DNA of 64,000 nucleotides from IMG/VR virus record IMGVR_UViG_3300029286_002633, one strand, 5' to 3'. The stretch is from an uncultured virus (IMG/VR IMGVR_UViG_3300029286_002633). Lineage: Duplodnaviria > Heunggongvirae > Uroviricota > Caudoviricetes. Within the stretch, counting starts at the first letter, position 1. Each line of letters starts with the position of its first letter. Positions 1 to 8,797 of the stretch are shown in pieces. Position numbers and translations under genes: made by a program. The notes under the pieces are model-generated. The model was not told where the DNA came from, made no database searches, and saw only the letters and a program-made list of their open reading frames with translations.

Positions 1-11
1 AAGAGAGAAAA

Positions 12-1043
12 ATGAAAATCAATCCATCGTTTTTAGGCTACTTATGCGGTTTTTTAATACTATTCGGATACACAAATAGACCGTATCAAAATTATCCAAA
101 ATACCGTAAAATAGTGAATGCTGAAGACAACTATACTTGTCAACAGTGTGGTAAGCAACCAGAATCAAAAATGTGTTTCACATATGGATGTTCGTTATTG
201 AATTATGAAGAATGGCATGATAAGAATGCTGTTAACAATAGACACCCTTCAATATGTCCAATTAAAAACGAAATAGGAGTAATACAACTCCCGAAATTAA
301 CAAGTAACGGCACTACAATGATAACAGCACCAAAACGTGCTTGTCATGAATGCGAGCATCTTGTCGTATACTGTTATGAAGATTATAACACAAGACCGCT
401 TGTTATGCACCACAAAAACAACAATCCATATGATAACAGGAGGCATAATCTTGAAACGCTATGCAAAACATGTAATCAATTAGCAAAAAACACAATACCA
501 AAAAAATTGGAGGTGAACGAAATGTTTTTTAGCAAGAAAAAAGAAAAGGCAAATGAGGAAAATATTGGAGAGCAAAAAGTGGCTACATTGGAGATTAACT
601 CCGACACACAAGTTGATGCTTTGATACTGGCACGATTGGCGGCACTTGAGGACGCTGATGCAAAAAAAACTAAAGAAATGAACCAATATAAACAAAAAAT
701 CCATAGGTTGGAAGAATGGGTACATCTATCGAACGGTGGAAACCAACAAACAACAGAACTGAGAAAGAAATCAAATGGCAGTGATATGAAAAACAAAGAT
801 ACAGACTATATTGATGCAAACACCAGTTATGAATGCAAATGGAAAAGAGCAGCATATAACGAGATTTTACAAAAAATTGCAGGTAAAGGAACTGCATTAA
901 AGAAAGATATTCAACAGATGATTTGTGACATACTCATCAAACATCAAATCGGTAAAACAAGTTGCGACGGATATGTGAAACTTCTTAAACGGAAGAAAAA
1001 AATGGAAGACGCTGGACAGAAAAGATACAAAATATTGATATGA
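12..1043 (+). CDS. HNH endonuclease-domain protein with Cys-rich insertion and coiled-coil C-terminus
   Basis: DNYTCQQCG ... LVMHHKNNNPYDNRRHNLETLCKTCN matches an HNH/Zn-knuckle motif. Confidence 0.75.
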   Translation: MKINPSFLGYLCGFLILFGYTNRPYQNYPKYRKIVNAEDNYTCQQCGKQPESKMCFTYGCSLLNYEEWHDKNAVNNRHPSICPIKNEIGVIQLPKLTSNGTTMITAPKRACHECEHLVVYCYEDYNTRPLVMHHKNNNPYDNRRHNLETLCKTCNQLAKNTIPKKLEVNEMFFSKKKEKANEENIGEQKVATLEINSDTQVDALILARLAALEDADAKKTKEMNQYKQKIHRLEEWVHLSNGGNQQTTELRKKSNGSDMKNKDTDYIDANTSYECKWKRAAYNEILQKIAGKGTALKKDIQQMICDILIKHQIGKTSCDGYVKLLKRKKKMEDAGQKRYKILI

Positions 1044-1047
1044 GGGC

Positions 1048-1299
1048 ATGATGAAGTCACTCTTATTTCTCTTTTTTTTATGTCCACAATGCAACACCAA
1101 GAGAATGGCATTACAAAGCATAATATTGACTGATTTACGGGATAGAAACGACCCGAAAGTGCAAATACGACCAGTCGGATATGTTTGCCCTTGTGGTTAT
1201 ATTGATGATTCGTTTCTGCATGTCGATTTGGATGTGCTACGAGAACAGGCGAAATTAGAGGAACAAAAAGAGGTTGAAAAACATGGAGATAACCGATAA
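1048..1299 (+). CDS. small Zn-ribbon protein
   Basis: CPQC...CPCG; overlaps the start of the next gene. Confidence 0.6.
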   Translation: MMKSLLFLFFLCPQCNTKRMALQSIILTDLRDRNDPKVQIRPVGYVCPCGYIDDSFLHVDLDVLREQAKLEEQKEVEKHGDNR

Positions 1300-1642
1300 A
1301 AAATTATATGAAATAATGATGCAATATTTCAATGAATATGGGTCCGTCCCCGTTGATGCAAATCTACTCATTGTCCTGTTTCAATCCAGCGATGGCAATA
1401 TCTACTTCAATGAACGAGAAAAAGTGGCGATAGGGTTCTACGCAGATGGTGCTACGCTACGTTTTGCATTCTTTGAGATACTGGAAGACCGGAAATTGAA
1501 ATGTGTTGGTGAGCGTGGAATATCACTCAATGAATTTGCTGAGCCAGATATGTTGAAAGCGATATCTGCATGTATCGCGTATCGAAAAAGCCATGGTGAA
1601 GCCTTAGACACCAGTGTAGATGTAACACATTATCACGGATGA
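1283..1642 (+). CDS. hypothetical protein
   Basis: GAGGT RBS before ATG 1283; ATGA coupling to the next gene. Confidence 0.7.
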   Translation: MEITDKKLYEIMMQYFNEYGSVPVDANLLIVLFQSSDGNIYFNEREKVAIGFYADGATLRFAFFEILEDRKLKCVGERGISLNEFAEPDMLKAISACIAYRKSHGEALDTSVDVTHYHG

Positions 1643-2211
1643 TTGATATGAAGGAATATTGCATCGTTGATGTTGAAAGCGTGCCATTGGATTATGAAAC
1701 ATACAAGAACGAAACAGAGGAAGAACGGAAAAAATATTTCAACCCGATTCTGTCAAAAATAGTTGCAATCGGGGTCAGACAGAACGCTAAAAACACTCTT
1801 TTCGTATCAACAGACGATGAGCGGAGCATCTTGGACCAATTCTGGGATACATGGCATACTCTTAATTGTTCGATGGTTGGTTTCAACATCCTTGAGTTTG
1901 ACATCCCGATGCTGATTGGACGTAGTTTCATCCATGAGGTCGAGGTAGTTCCATTTACCTTAAACAGAGAGATAATAGACCTGCGGCAGAGGCTTGCTGC
2001 ATTTAAATTCAACCCGAAAGGCACGTTGAAGGAATACGCGAAACTCATTGGATTGGAACTCAGTGAGTTTGATGGAAGTATGGTCGCTGATTTGGTCGCA
2101 ACCGGTAGACTTGATGAATTACGGGGGTATCTTGAGAGGGATTTGGAACTCACTGATGCTGTTTTTAAGCGTGCAGAGAAATTGAACATACTTAAAATCG
2201 AGAAATGGTGA
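1639..2211 (+). CDS. DnaQ/PolB-like 3'-5' exonuclease (standalone)
   Basis: ExoI IVDVES, ExoII GFNILEFD, ExoIII YLERD. Confidence 0.85.
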   Translation: MIDMKEYCIVDVESVPLDYETYKNETEEERKKYFNPILSKIVAIGVRQNAKNTLFVSTDDERSILDQFWDTWHTLNCSMVGFNILEFDIPMLIGRSFIHEVEVVPFTLNREIIDLRQRLAAFKFNPKGTLKEYAKLIGLELSEFDGSMVADLVATGRLDELRGYLERDLELTDAVFKRAEKLNILKIEKW

Positions 2212-2422
2212 TTAAAAACCAATATATTGAGGAAAAACCAATATATTGGGAAGTTGATACCCATGCCCAATGTGGGACCGAAAACGCTGTGCTTGTACGC
2301 TCTGTGACAACCCACCTTTTTCATCAATTGTCGAAGGGAAAGCACATGTTATCGTCAAACATAAGATACATTTCTCGAAGGCACGCAAATATTTAAAAAC
2401 AAAACTCTAATCTGTTTCTTTT

Positions 2423-2561
2423 AACGAGGTGGAGTAGCCTGGGCAACTCGACAGGCTCATACATAGGAATGTGGGAGATTTCACCTGAAATGGTGGGACG
2501 TGACCACCCATGTTCCATTGGAGATACCTGTAGAACGGCGGTTCAAATCCGTCCCTCGTTA
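2423..2561 (+). tRNA. tRNA-Met(CAT), initiator-like, with 64-nt intron (2462-2525) at canonical 37/38
   Basis: Acceptor AACGAGG/CCTCGTT+A, D-stem GAGT/ACTC, anticodon stem ACAGG/CCTGT, loop CTCATA|A, T-arm GGCGG-TTCAAAT-CCGTC; TATTTAAA box about 30 nt upstream. Confidence 0.92.
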
Positions 2562-2609
2562 TCTTTAAATAGGCAACATTCAATATCAAATGAACATAGG
2601 ATGGGAGAC

Positions 2610-2840
2610 ATGAAAAATAAATCAAAACGACAAGACGCTGTATGCCTGTGCTTAGGTGTTTTGAATAACGGTGAGAGAACGATTGAGGAACTAACTGAAC
2701 AGATTTATGAGCACGTTACAGCAGACACAAAAGGAAGAACATATGAGATTCTCTCGGCGTTTCTTCTAAAAGGACTGGTCATCCCCATAGTGAAAAACAA
2801 TATGTTGTATTGGAGATTAAACATCAAGTTAACCAAGTAA
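2610..2840 (+). CDS. winged-helix DNA-binding protein
   Basis: ERTIEELTEQIY...YEILSAFLLKGLV...YWRL pattern; GGGAG RBS; start moved from the track value, which overlapped the tRNA. Confidence 0.65.
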   Translation: MKNKSKRQDAVCLCLGVLNNGERTIEELTEQIYEHVTADTKGRTYEILSAFLLKGLVIPIVKNNMLYWRLNIKLTK

Positions 2841-2870
2841 TGTATTCCTTTTTGCCTTAAACTATTTAAC
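2841..2870 (+). promoter_or_regulatory. element promoter motif copy (TGTATTC...TTG + TATA)
   Basis: TATTTAA 22 nt after motif start; directly after the preceding stop codon. Confidence 0.75.
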
Positions 2871-2898
2871 ATTGCAAGTCTTTTATACTGTGATTAGT

Positions 2899-3267
2899 AT
2901 GGCGGAATATGATGGAGAACTCTGGTCAAATCTGATGGTTGCTGGGAGAAAAACAGAGAAAGGATTAGCCCATAAGATGTCAGAGAAGCAGATTCTCAAT
3001 ATTCATGATTGGATTGATTACATCGGTGCGCCTGGTGGTGTTGAAGACCCGCTTGCCTTGAATCAGATGATGAACTATGATTTGAACATGGCAAAATACA
3101 AACTCTACGACCTCACAGGCATGATAATGCAGGGACGTTGGGGCGATGACTTGATACCATTGGGTAATAAGATAGCAAAGGCATACCTTACCTGTGTTGA
3201 TAAGGAACTCCCTGAAATCAAGAAGTTCTACGATTGTGTGAACACCGAGATTTATAAAATAGAGTGA
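2899..3267 (+). CDS. hypothetical protein
   Basis: ORF downstream of a motif promoter; coupled to the next gene. Confidence 0.7.
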   Translation: MAEYDGELWSNLMVAGRKTEKGLAHKMSEKQILNIHDWIDYIGAPGGVEDPLALNQMMNYDLNMAKYKLYDLTGMIMQGRWGDDLIPLGNKIAKAYLTCVDKELPEIKKFYDCVNTEIYKIE

Positions 3268-3692
3268 TGCAAATGATTGACAAGAGAGTTAATGAATCTT
3301 GTCAGAGTTTTAAACAAATCACTAAAGACATGTGGGGAGAAAAAACCTATAAAAATATGATTATCACCTGCAAAAAATTAAAGTCAAACCCTGCCGTTTA
3401 TTACAAAAACAAAAAAGGGATATACCGTACACATATGGTTGCTGCGGTTGGACGCAGTTGCGGGAAAAACGGTTTCTGTAAAGAATATACCCTTTTTTTA
3501 ACACCATACTCATTAAGCCTTCCTGATGATGACAGGGATGCAATACTGAGACATGAAGCGATACACATAAAAATACCGGCTCACAGAAAAAACTTCAAAA
3601 CTGTCGCAAAAAAAGAAGATGCACCATTGACAGGAGATGCTGCACATATGATTGCGACAAAACATAAAATAAAAAAAGCATTAGGTTTATAA
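3264..3692 (+). CDS. SprT-like zinc metallopeptidase
   Basis: ILRHEAIH...H..F (HExxH plus third His). Confidence 0.7.
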   Translation: MMQMIDKRVNESCQSFKQITKDMWGEKTYKNMIITCKKLKSNPAVYYKNKKGIYRTHMVAAVGRSCGKNGFCKEYTLFLTPYSLSLPDDDRDAILRHEAIHIKIPAHRKNFKTVAKKEDAPLTGDAAHMIATKHKIKKALGL

Positions 3693-3699
3693 GGAGATT

Positions 3700-3913
3700 T
3701 ACAATTATAGAACCCCAACTCATGATACTTCCCTTACAGAAGTGTTAGGTTCGGAAACACCTTCACCCCCTGACGATGAATCATGGACAAGGTCGTAATC
3801 CCGACGTGGAGTCGAAAACCATCCGATGTGAAGTCAGGGGGCAAAGTTTCCACAAGGTAAAGATTAACCAGTATACGTATGAAACCCAACTACCAATTGT
3901 GTCTTTACCTTAT
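3700..3913 (-). ncRNA. candidate large structured ncRNA of unknown class
   Basis: Nested stems 3854-3863/3902-3911, 3766-3774/3833-3841, 3753-3758/3846-3851; G-U extensions work only on the minus strand. Confidence 0.65.
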
Positions 3914-3914
3914 T

Positions 3915-3944
3915 TGTATACCTACTTGTAGTAATGCTTAATAA
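3915..3944 (+). promoter_or_regulatory. element promoter motif copy
   Basis: TGTATACCTACTTG with TTAATAA at +23. Confidence 0.75.
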
Positions 3945-4062
3945 TTAACCAACCAATCTCTTTGTGTGAAGTTTACAAAAGAATCCAACCTGCGTATAGC
4001 ACGCACCTTTCTAAAGCACTCCCGTGGTAGAGGTAAGCATGCGTTTAAGGAGGTATCTCTCT

Positions 4063-4737
4063 TTGTCTGATTGGAAATGGAACTGGGCTTTAATAGAGAA
4101 ATTCAACGTCCTCTGTAAAGAGTTCAATGGTATGCCAACAAATGAAGTTGGTGGTATCATTGCATGTAAATTAACGGAGTTTGATGATTTCAAGGCTTTC
4201 ACGCATTGGATGTTTAATCAAAAGAAAGCACACCCCACCACAACGCTATCCGCGAAATATGTTGATGACGACGACATTGAGTCCTGGCTCACGGCTGAAT
4301 TTAACCTATGGACGAACATGGCTGACAAGTTGAGCAGAGATTTGCATCTCAAGGAGAGGTACAGTCTTGGTTATTCACAGACCATTAACGAGTTCGTTGA
4401 CGAAGAACTTGATTTCCGTATGGAAGATTCTGATTGGCAAGCGGATTTAACACTGACTAAAGATGAACAAAAAGAACTCATTGCGAATCTTGCGAAGCCT
4501 TATCTTGCAGATGGTGTGAAAGTTGATACGTTTTTTGATAATAACGATGACCATTGGTATGCTGATGCTGAGGTTAATTTCATATTTGAGGACCATGGTG
4601 TGTATTCATCTGTGTTGAAAGACGCTGAAGAAACATGCAATATGCTCACAAGCGAGGCAGGTAGAATATTCACGAAGAAACTTAATGATGAGATTGACCG
4701 ACTCAGACCATTGCGGGGAAGGAGACCACCGTTATGA
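4063..4737 (+). CDS. acidic hypothetical protein
   Basis: AAGGAGGT RBS before TTG 4063; D/E-rich. Confidence 0.7.
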   Translation: MSDWKWNWALIEKFNVLCKEFNGMPTNEVGGIIACKLTEFDDFKAFTHWMFNQKKAHPTTTLSAKYVDDDDIESWLTAEFNLWTNMADKLSRDLHLKERYSLGYSQTINEFVDEELDFRMEDSDWQADLTLTKDEQKELIANLAKPYLADGVKVDTFFDNNDDHWYADAEVNFIFEDHGVYSSVLKDAEETCNMLTSEAGRIFTKKLNDEIDRLRPLRGRRPPL

Positions 4738-5057
4738 AGTCTATTGACCTTAACCGTTATATGGGGACATGGCAGCAACTTTCTGTCGAGCCAGTGCCTT
4801 CATTTCAAAAAGGATGCAAGGATGTTAAAGCGATTTACACGTTGCGTAAAGACGGTAAAGTAGATGTCTTGAATGTCTGCGATAACCGTGAGATACATGG
4901 TGTCGCTAAATCTGTTTCTGAGGATAATCGCAGGTTGCAGGTGAAATTCTTTCCATTGTTTTGGTCTGATTATAACATTGCTGAGATTGATGATGATTAC
5001 AAATTTGTAACTGTGAAAAGCAAAAAATATACCTGGAAACTAAAGAAGGTGAACTAA
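4734..5057 (+). CDS. lipocalin (Blc-like), no signal peptide
   Basis: IDLNRYMGTW SCR1 motif, C..VKAIYTL...V.VLN.C, L.VKFF..F..DY.I...DDDY. Confidence 0.85.
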   Translation: MKSIDLNRYMGTWQQLSVEPVPSFQKGCKDVKAIYTLRKDGKVDVLNVCDNREIHGVAKSVSEDNRRLQVKFFPLFWSDYNIAEIDDDYKFVTVKSKKYTWKLKKVN

Positions 5058-5396
5058 TTGACATTGGAAGCAAAGCACATTAAAGGACATGGAGAAGGAA
5101 CCAGGATGGACTGGTTGTGTGTCCGTAACGTCAATGAGGGATTTGGGTTTGGAGACCGCCCTGCCATTATCTGTGTTGATATGACGGTTCATGCACCAGA
5201 GGTGGGTAAACCGAATACTGTTTTCTCCACCTATGAAGAAGACATCGACATACGTGAGATGAAGTATAAATTCCATCCATCTGCATTTAAAACATGGGAA
5301 CAACTTGAATTTGGAAAACGCATCATAACCGGGTGGAAAGATATTAAATCCGGCGATGAAATAGAGATATATCAATCACCATTCTTTAGGGATTAA
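5058..5396 (+). CDS. hypothetical protein, paralog family B
   Basis: Aligns by eye with 6278-6760 (TRMxWxC, CxDMT, GKP, FHxxA, W..I..GD.I). Confidence 0.75.
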   Translation: MTLEAKHIKGHGEGTRMDWLCVRNVNEGFGFGDRPAIICVDMTVHAPEVGKPNTVFSTYEEDIDIREMKYKFHPSAFKTWEQLEFGKRIITGWKDIKSGDEIEIYQSPFFRD

Positions 5397-5398
5397 TC

Positions 5399-5683
5399 AT
5401 GAGTCGAACAACTGAAAAGAACCTGACTGAACTTGCACAGATTGCGAGCAACTGCATAGAACAGAGTGGGTACACCATAGATGTCGGCTACACGTATGGT
5501 CATACAAACATCGAACTGAAAACCATCCGTCAGTTCATGGAAAAAAAGGAAACAGTTGTCAAGACATTGAATTACGGGCTTACCATGGGTCAAGCGGCAG
5601 AGTGGCTTCGTGCATTCGCAGAAGGCTGTCATTATGGTAAAATGGGTGTAATGAACAAGAAATGGAAATGGGAGGGTAAATAA
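5399..5683 (+). CDS. hypothetical protein with KWKWE tail
   Basis: Operon packing; C-terminus NKKWKWEGK. Confidence 0.7.
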   Translation: MSRTTEKNLTELAQIASNCIEQSGYTIDVGYTYGHTNIELKTIRQFMEKKETVVKTLNYGLTMGQAAEWLRAFAEGCHYGKMGVMNKKWKWEGK

Positions 5684-5952
5684 TGGCACGGTTCTACGCA
5701 GATATTCAAGGGAACAGAGGCGGGGCTTCCCGGATGGGTACGACAGATAGTGGCATGTCGGGTCATATCCGTGGTTGGAACATCGGTGTTCGTGTAACCT
5801 GTCGTGCAATAGACCAGGGGAAACATGAGTTTGATGAATGTATCGCCTATGCAACCGGTGGAAGCAACAGTTCATGGAATGATAAGGAGATATGGCGTGG
5901 CACCTATCCTAATATTGAGAACCCGAAATGGAAATGGGAGAAAAAAGAATGA
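5683..5952 (+). CDS. hypothetical protein with KWKWE tail
   Basis: GGAGGG RBS; C-terminus NPKWKWEKKE. Confidence 0.75.
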   Translation: MARFYADIQGNRGGASRMGTTDSGMSGHIRGWNIGVRVTCRAIDQGKHEFDECIAYATGGSNSSWNDKEIWRGTYPNIENPKWKWEKKE

Positions 5953-6275
5953 TTGCGAGAGCAGATGTCCGATTGGCTTTACGAAAACTTCAGAACCCAG
6001 ACCGTTTCTTCAAAGAAGGTGTCTTTAAACTCTGTAAAGAGGTCTACGGCGATGAACGAGAGGAACTGGTCAGTGCCACTGAGATGGAATGCACTGATTA
6101 CTTTGAAGAAGGGGTTGATGAACTCTATAAGGCACTCACCGGTAAAAGAATAGGGGAAAAACTTACCTATCGTGATGCATCAGCACTTGCAAAATGGTGG
6201 AATACCCATCACGTTGGGGGTCATCATGAAATAGTCAAAAGAGACGATAAATTCTATGATGTCGTCAGGAAGTAA
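5949..6275 (+). CDS. hypothetical protein
   Basis: ATGA coupling to the previous gene. Confidence 0.7.
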   Translation: MIARADVRLALRKLQNPDRFFKEGVFKLCKEVYGDEREELVSATEMECTDYFEEGVDELYKALTGKRIGEKLTYRDASALAKWWNTHHVGGHHEIVKRDDKFYDVVRK

Positions 6276-6277
6276 AA

Positions 6278-6760
6278 ATGAAACTAATTAACGCTAAAAT
6301 AGTAAAAGGTGAGTTTGCGGCTACACGCATGGAGTGGTTCTGCGGTGAGTTTGAGACACAAGCCTGGCAGGGTGGTGATGCATCGCAATATATCGGTTGC
6401 ATCGACATGACAAACCCGAAATATGCTGGTAAACCAATCTTCTTCATCAGCAAAGGTCAGCCACCGGAGAAATTTGATTTCCATAAAGATGCGTATTCAT
6501 CCTTTGAGCAGGTCGCCATGGCACAAATCACGGTCATGGATTGGGAGCGACTGAGAAACGGTGATAAAATCACGCTTGACAGAGAGATGACAGAAAATAT
6601 ACGAAGATGGAACGGACGCATCTGGATGGGCGGCTCAATCAGTCACATCAGAAGCCCTGAGCCTGGCGTTCATATCCTTGAACGAGAGGAGCAACCACTT
6701 GAAGACCGTATCATAGACGGAAGATTAATCCGTTATACGAAAACAAATGAGGAGTATTGA
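6278..6760 (+). CDS. hypothetical protein, paralog family B
   Basis: Paralog of 5058-5396. Confidence 0.75.
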   Translation: MKLINAKIVKGEFAATRMEWFCGEFETQAWQGGDASQYIGCIDMTNPKYAGKPIFFISKGQPPEKFDFHKDAYSSFEQVAMAQITVMDWERLRNGDKITLDREMTENIRRWNGRIWMGGSISHIRSPEPGVHILEREEQPLEDRIIDGRLIRYTKTNEEY

Positions 6761-7146
6761 TGAAAAAAAAGAAAAGCAAAATGCGTGAATCAATGGATAA
6801 ATATGAAGAAGTTCGCATTCTTGAAATCATGGATACTTTACCATTATTTTATGATAAGATTGGTGTTAAAAAAGCGAAAGCAGTTCAAGACCATTATTTG
6901 AATGAAATGGAAATGGCAACAGAGAATTGTGACGGTGCAATGCTTGCGATATCAACAAGTTATATGGAAAAACAACGAGCGATTTTGATGTCATTAGAGA
7001 AAAAAGTGGACGTATTAAATGATGATGAATATGAAGAGTTTAGACAAGACCTATTAAAAACAACAAAACGAGAGGCAAATATTTACCACAAATGGAATGA
7101 TGTATGCATTTGTACAAGGAAGGACATACTGAAAGAAGGAGATTAA
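6757..7146 (+). CDS. helical protein, paralog family C
   Basis: Shares P...K.G, CDGA and terminal CxC with 16467 and 19702. Confidence 0.7.
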   Translation: MMKKKKSKMRESMDKYEEVRILEIMDTLPLFYDKIGVKKAKAVQDHYLNEMEMATENCDGAMLAISTSYMEKQRAILMSLEKKVDVLNDDEYEEFRQDLLKTTKREANIYHKWNDVCICTRKDILKEGD

Positions 7147-7235
7147 ATGAGGGTCTATAGAGGAAAAAAGTGTAGGAAAAAATGTGAATGGAACGGACAA
7201 GGCGTCTGCAATCATCACGGAGGTTGTATTAAAAA

Positions 7236-7586
7236 ATGACGAAATTACCGGTATTCATAAAAGCCCGTGTCTGCACACGGATTGATAATGAAACTATCTG
7301 CACAACAAGAGAAAAAAGAATAGTCCTTGCCATGGTTGATGACACAAAAGGGACTCTTCTTGATGGGAGGGAGGTAGTTAAAGTAGAGAACTGGTGGTAT
7401 TTCATCCCGCCTACTGGGGCTATACTTCAGCCGGTTGATGACAGTCCACCATGGGTGCCACCACGACCACCTCAGCCACCAGAATCAACACCAGAGCCAA
7501 AATCTGTGGAGAGTAAATCTAAACCAGCATCTGTTGAAAAACCAGTGGAAAAACCAAAAGAAAAAACAAAATGGTTCAGAATATGA
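7236..7586 (+). CDS. hypothetical protein with Pro/Lys-rich tail
   Basis: GGAGGT RBS; low-complexity C-terminus. Confidence 0.65.
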   Translation: MTKLPVFIKARVCTRIDNETICTTREKRIVLAMVDDTKGTLLDGREVVKVENWWYFIPPTGAILQPVDDSPPWVPPRPPQPPESTPEPKSVESKSKPASVEKPVEKPKEKTKWFRI

Positions 7587-7599
7587 TGGAGAAAAAAAT

Positions 7600-8250
7600 A
7601 TGATAAACTGGAATAAATATCTAGGTCAATATCCTTGTTATGAGGTTGATTCTGATTTCAGGTCGTTCAATGATGTCGCTGGTTGTCTTGCGTTGATACC
7701 GAAACAAATCGACACACCGGCGTTGAAAGAAGTCAGGTCTTTCCTTGAAAAATATAATCGAGTACCGCGTTACCATGGTAGCAACTTCGAGCATAACGAT
7801 GACCATATCAGTTTAACGGAATTATTGAAAGGGAAAGATAAATCATATGGTCATTCAACGACAGCAGACCTTCTGGAAGATGTGAAACATCGTATGGTCT
7901 GGGGATTGCAGGATTCAGCATTAAATCTTGTATACGCATGTAATCAGAACGTCAAATGGAAGAAGATACCGCTCAATGAATGTTCTTACAGGGAAGAATG
8001 GGATGACATCATCGACGGACCAGGGGAACCGCTCTGTAAAGTCAGTAAAGAGATGCTGATGTCAGCACGTGACATTGCTGATAAGTTGAAAGCAGAGAAA
8101 TGGGACCTTCCATCAATGACGTATTCAATAAAAGACCATGTTTTCCAGAATTGGATTAAGCAGAACGCATGGGATTTATCGCTTGATGAACAGAAAAGCC
8201 TTGACATGGACAAGGAATTGGGATTGAGAGATGACGAAGCCACTACTTGA
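7600..8250 (+). CDS. hypothetical protein
   Basis: GGAG RBS before ATG 7600. Confidence 0.7.
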   Translation: MINWNKYLGQYPCYEVDSDFRSFNDVAGCLALIPKQIDTPALKEVRSFLEKYNRVPRYHGSNFEHNDDHISLTELLKGKDKSYGHSTTADLLEDVKHRMVWGLQDSALNLVYACNQNVKWKKIPLNECSYREEWDDIIDGPGEPLCKVSKEMLMSARDIADKLKAEKWDLPSMTYSIKDHVFQNWIKQNAWDLSLDEQKSLDMDKELGLRDDEATT

Positions 8251-8797
8251 GTTCATACAAGACACCAATGCAAAGAAATACAAGCAATTCCGTCAGTTTA
8301 AAAAAGAATTACGAGAGATGATGGAGCAGAAGAACGATGGTAGACAATGGGAATCACCCTATTTCATTACTAGCCACCCCGGAAAACCAACTGGTCCGTA
8401 TTCCTCAAGGATGAGCAGCAGAAACATCATAGAAATCGGGGAGACTGCTTTCGAGGATTACCCGTTTACATCATATACCCGTAAATTGAAAAAAATACAG
8501 ATTCTACCTTATAAAAAAACAGGTTTTATACTAAAAATAGAATACGAAAACAGGACACCCCCTGTTGTAAAAGAGTATAAATCGGCACCTGGCACGTGCT
8601 ATGTACGTCCAATCATCACACCAAGTCGTCCAATACAAGAAACAGACGACATCTGGGATGATAAGATACCACCTGAAAAAGTAAAGCCAACTAAGACACA
8701 TGAGCATATTTTTCTCCCTGAATGTGCATCCGGTTTCATTCGTGATTGGAAACGAGACGGAATCTGTGTTGAACGAGTAAAAGAGGAATACAAATGA
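8231..8797 (+). CDS. hypothetical protein, family A (CxxGFxxDWxxDGICV tail)
   Basis: Shared N-terminal KPLLEF, ILPYKKTG and C-terminal Cys motif. Confidence 0.75.
   Translation: MTKPLLEFIQDTNAKKYKQFRQFKKELREMMEQKNDGRQWESPYFITSHPGKPTGPYSSRMSSRNIIEIGETAFEDYPFTSYTRKLKKIQILPYKKTGFILKIEYENRTPPVVKEYKSAPGTCYVRPIITPSRPIQETDDIWDDKIPPEKVKPTKTHEHIFLPECASGFIRDWKRDGICVERVKEEYK

Noticed and set aside
1692..2345. 217-aa minus-strand ORF (and similar antisense ORFs such as 20406-21026)
   Set aside because: Antisense to well-supported genes, with no motifs or RBS
2469..2609. N-terminal part of the track ORF 2469-2840
   Set aside because: Overlaps the tRNA and its intron; ATG 2610 has an RBS
3770..3841. Hammerhead ribozyme (CTGACGA...GAAA...GTC on +)
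   Set aside because: Stems II and III do not pair and CTGAC is sequestered by GTCAG; G-U evidence favours the minus strand
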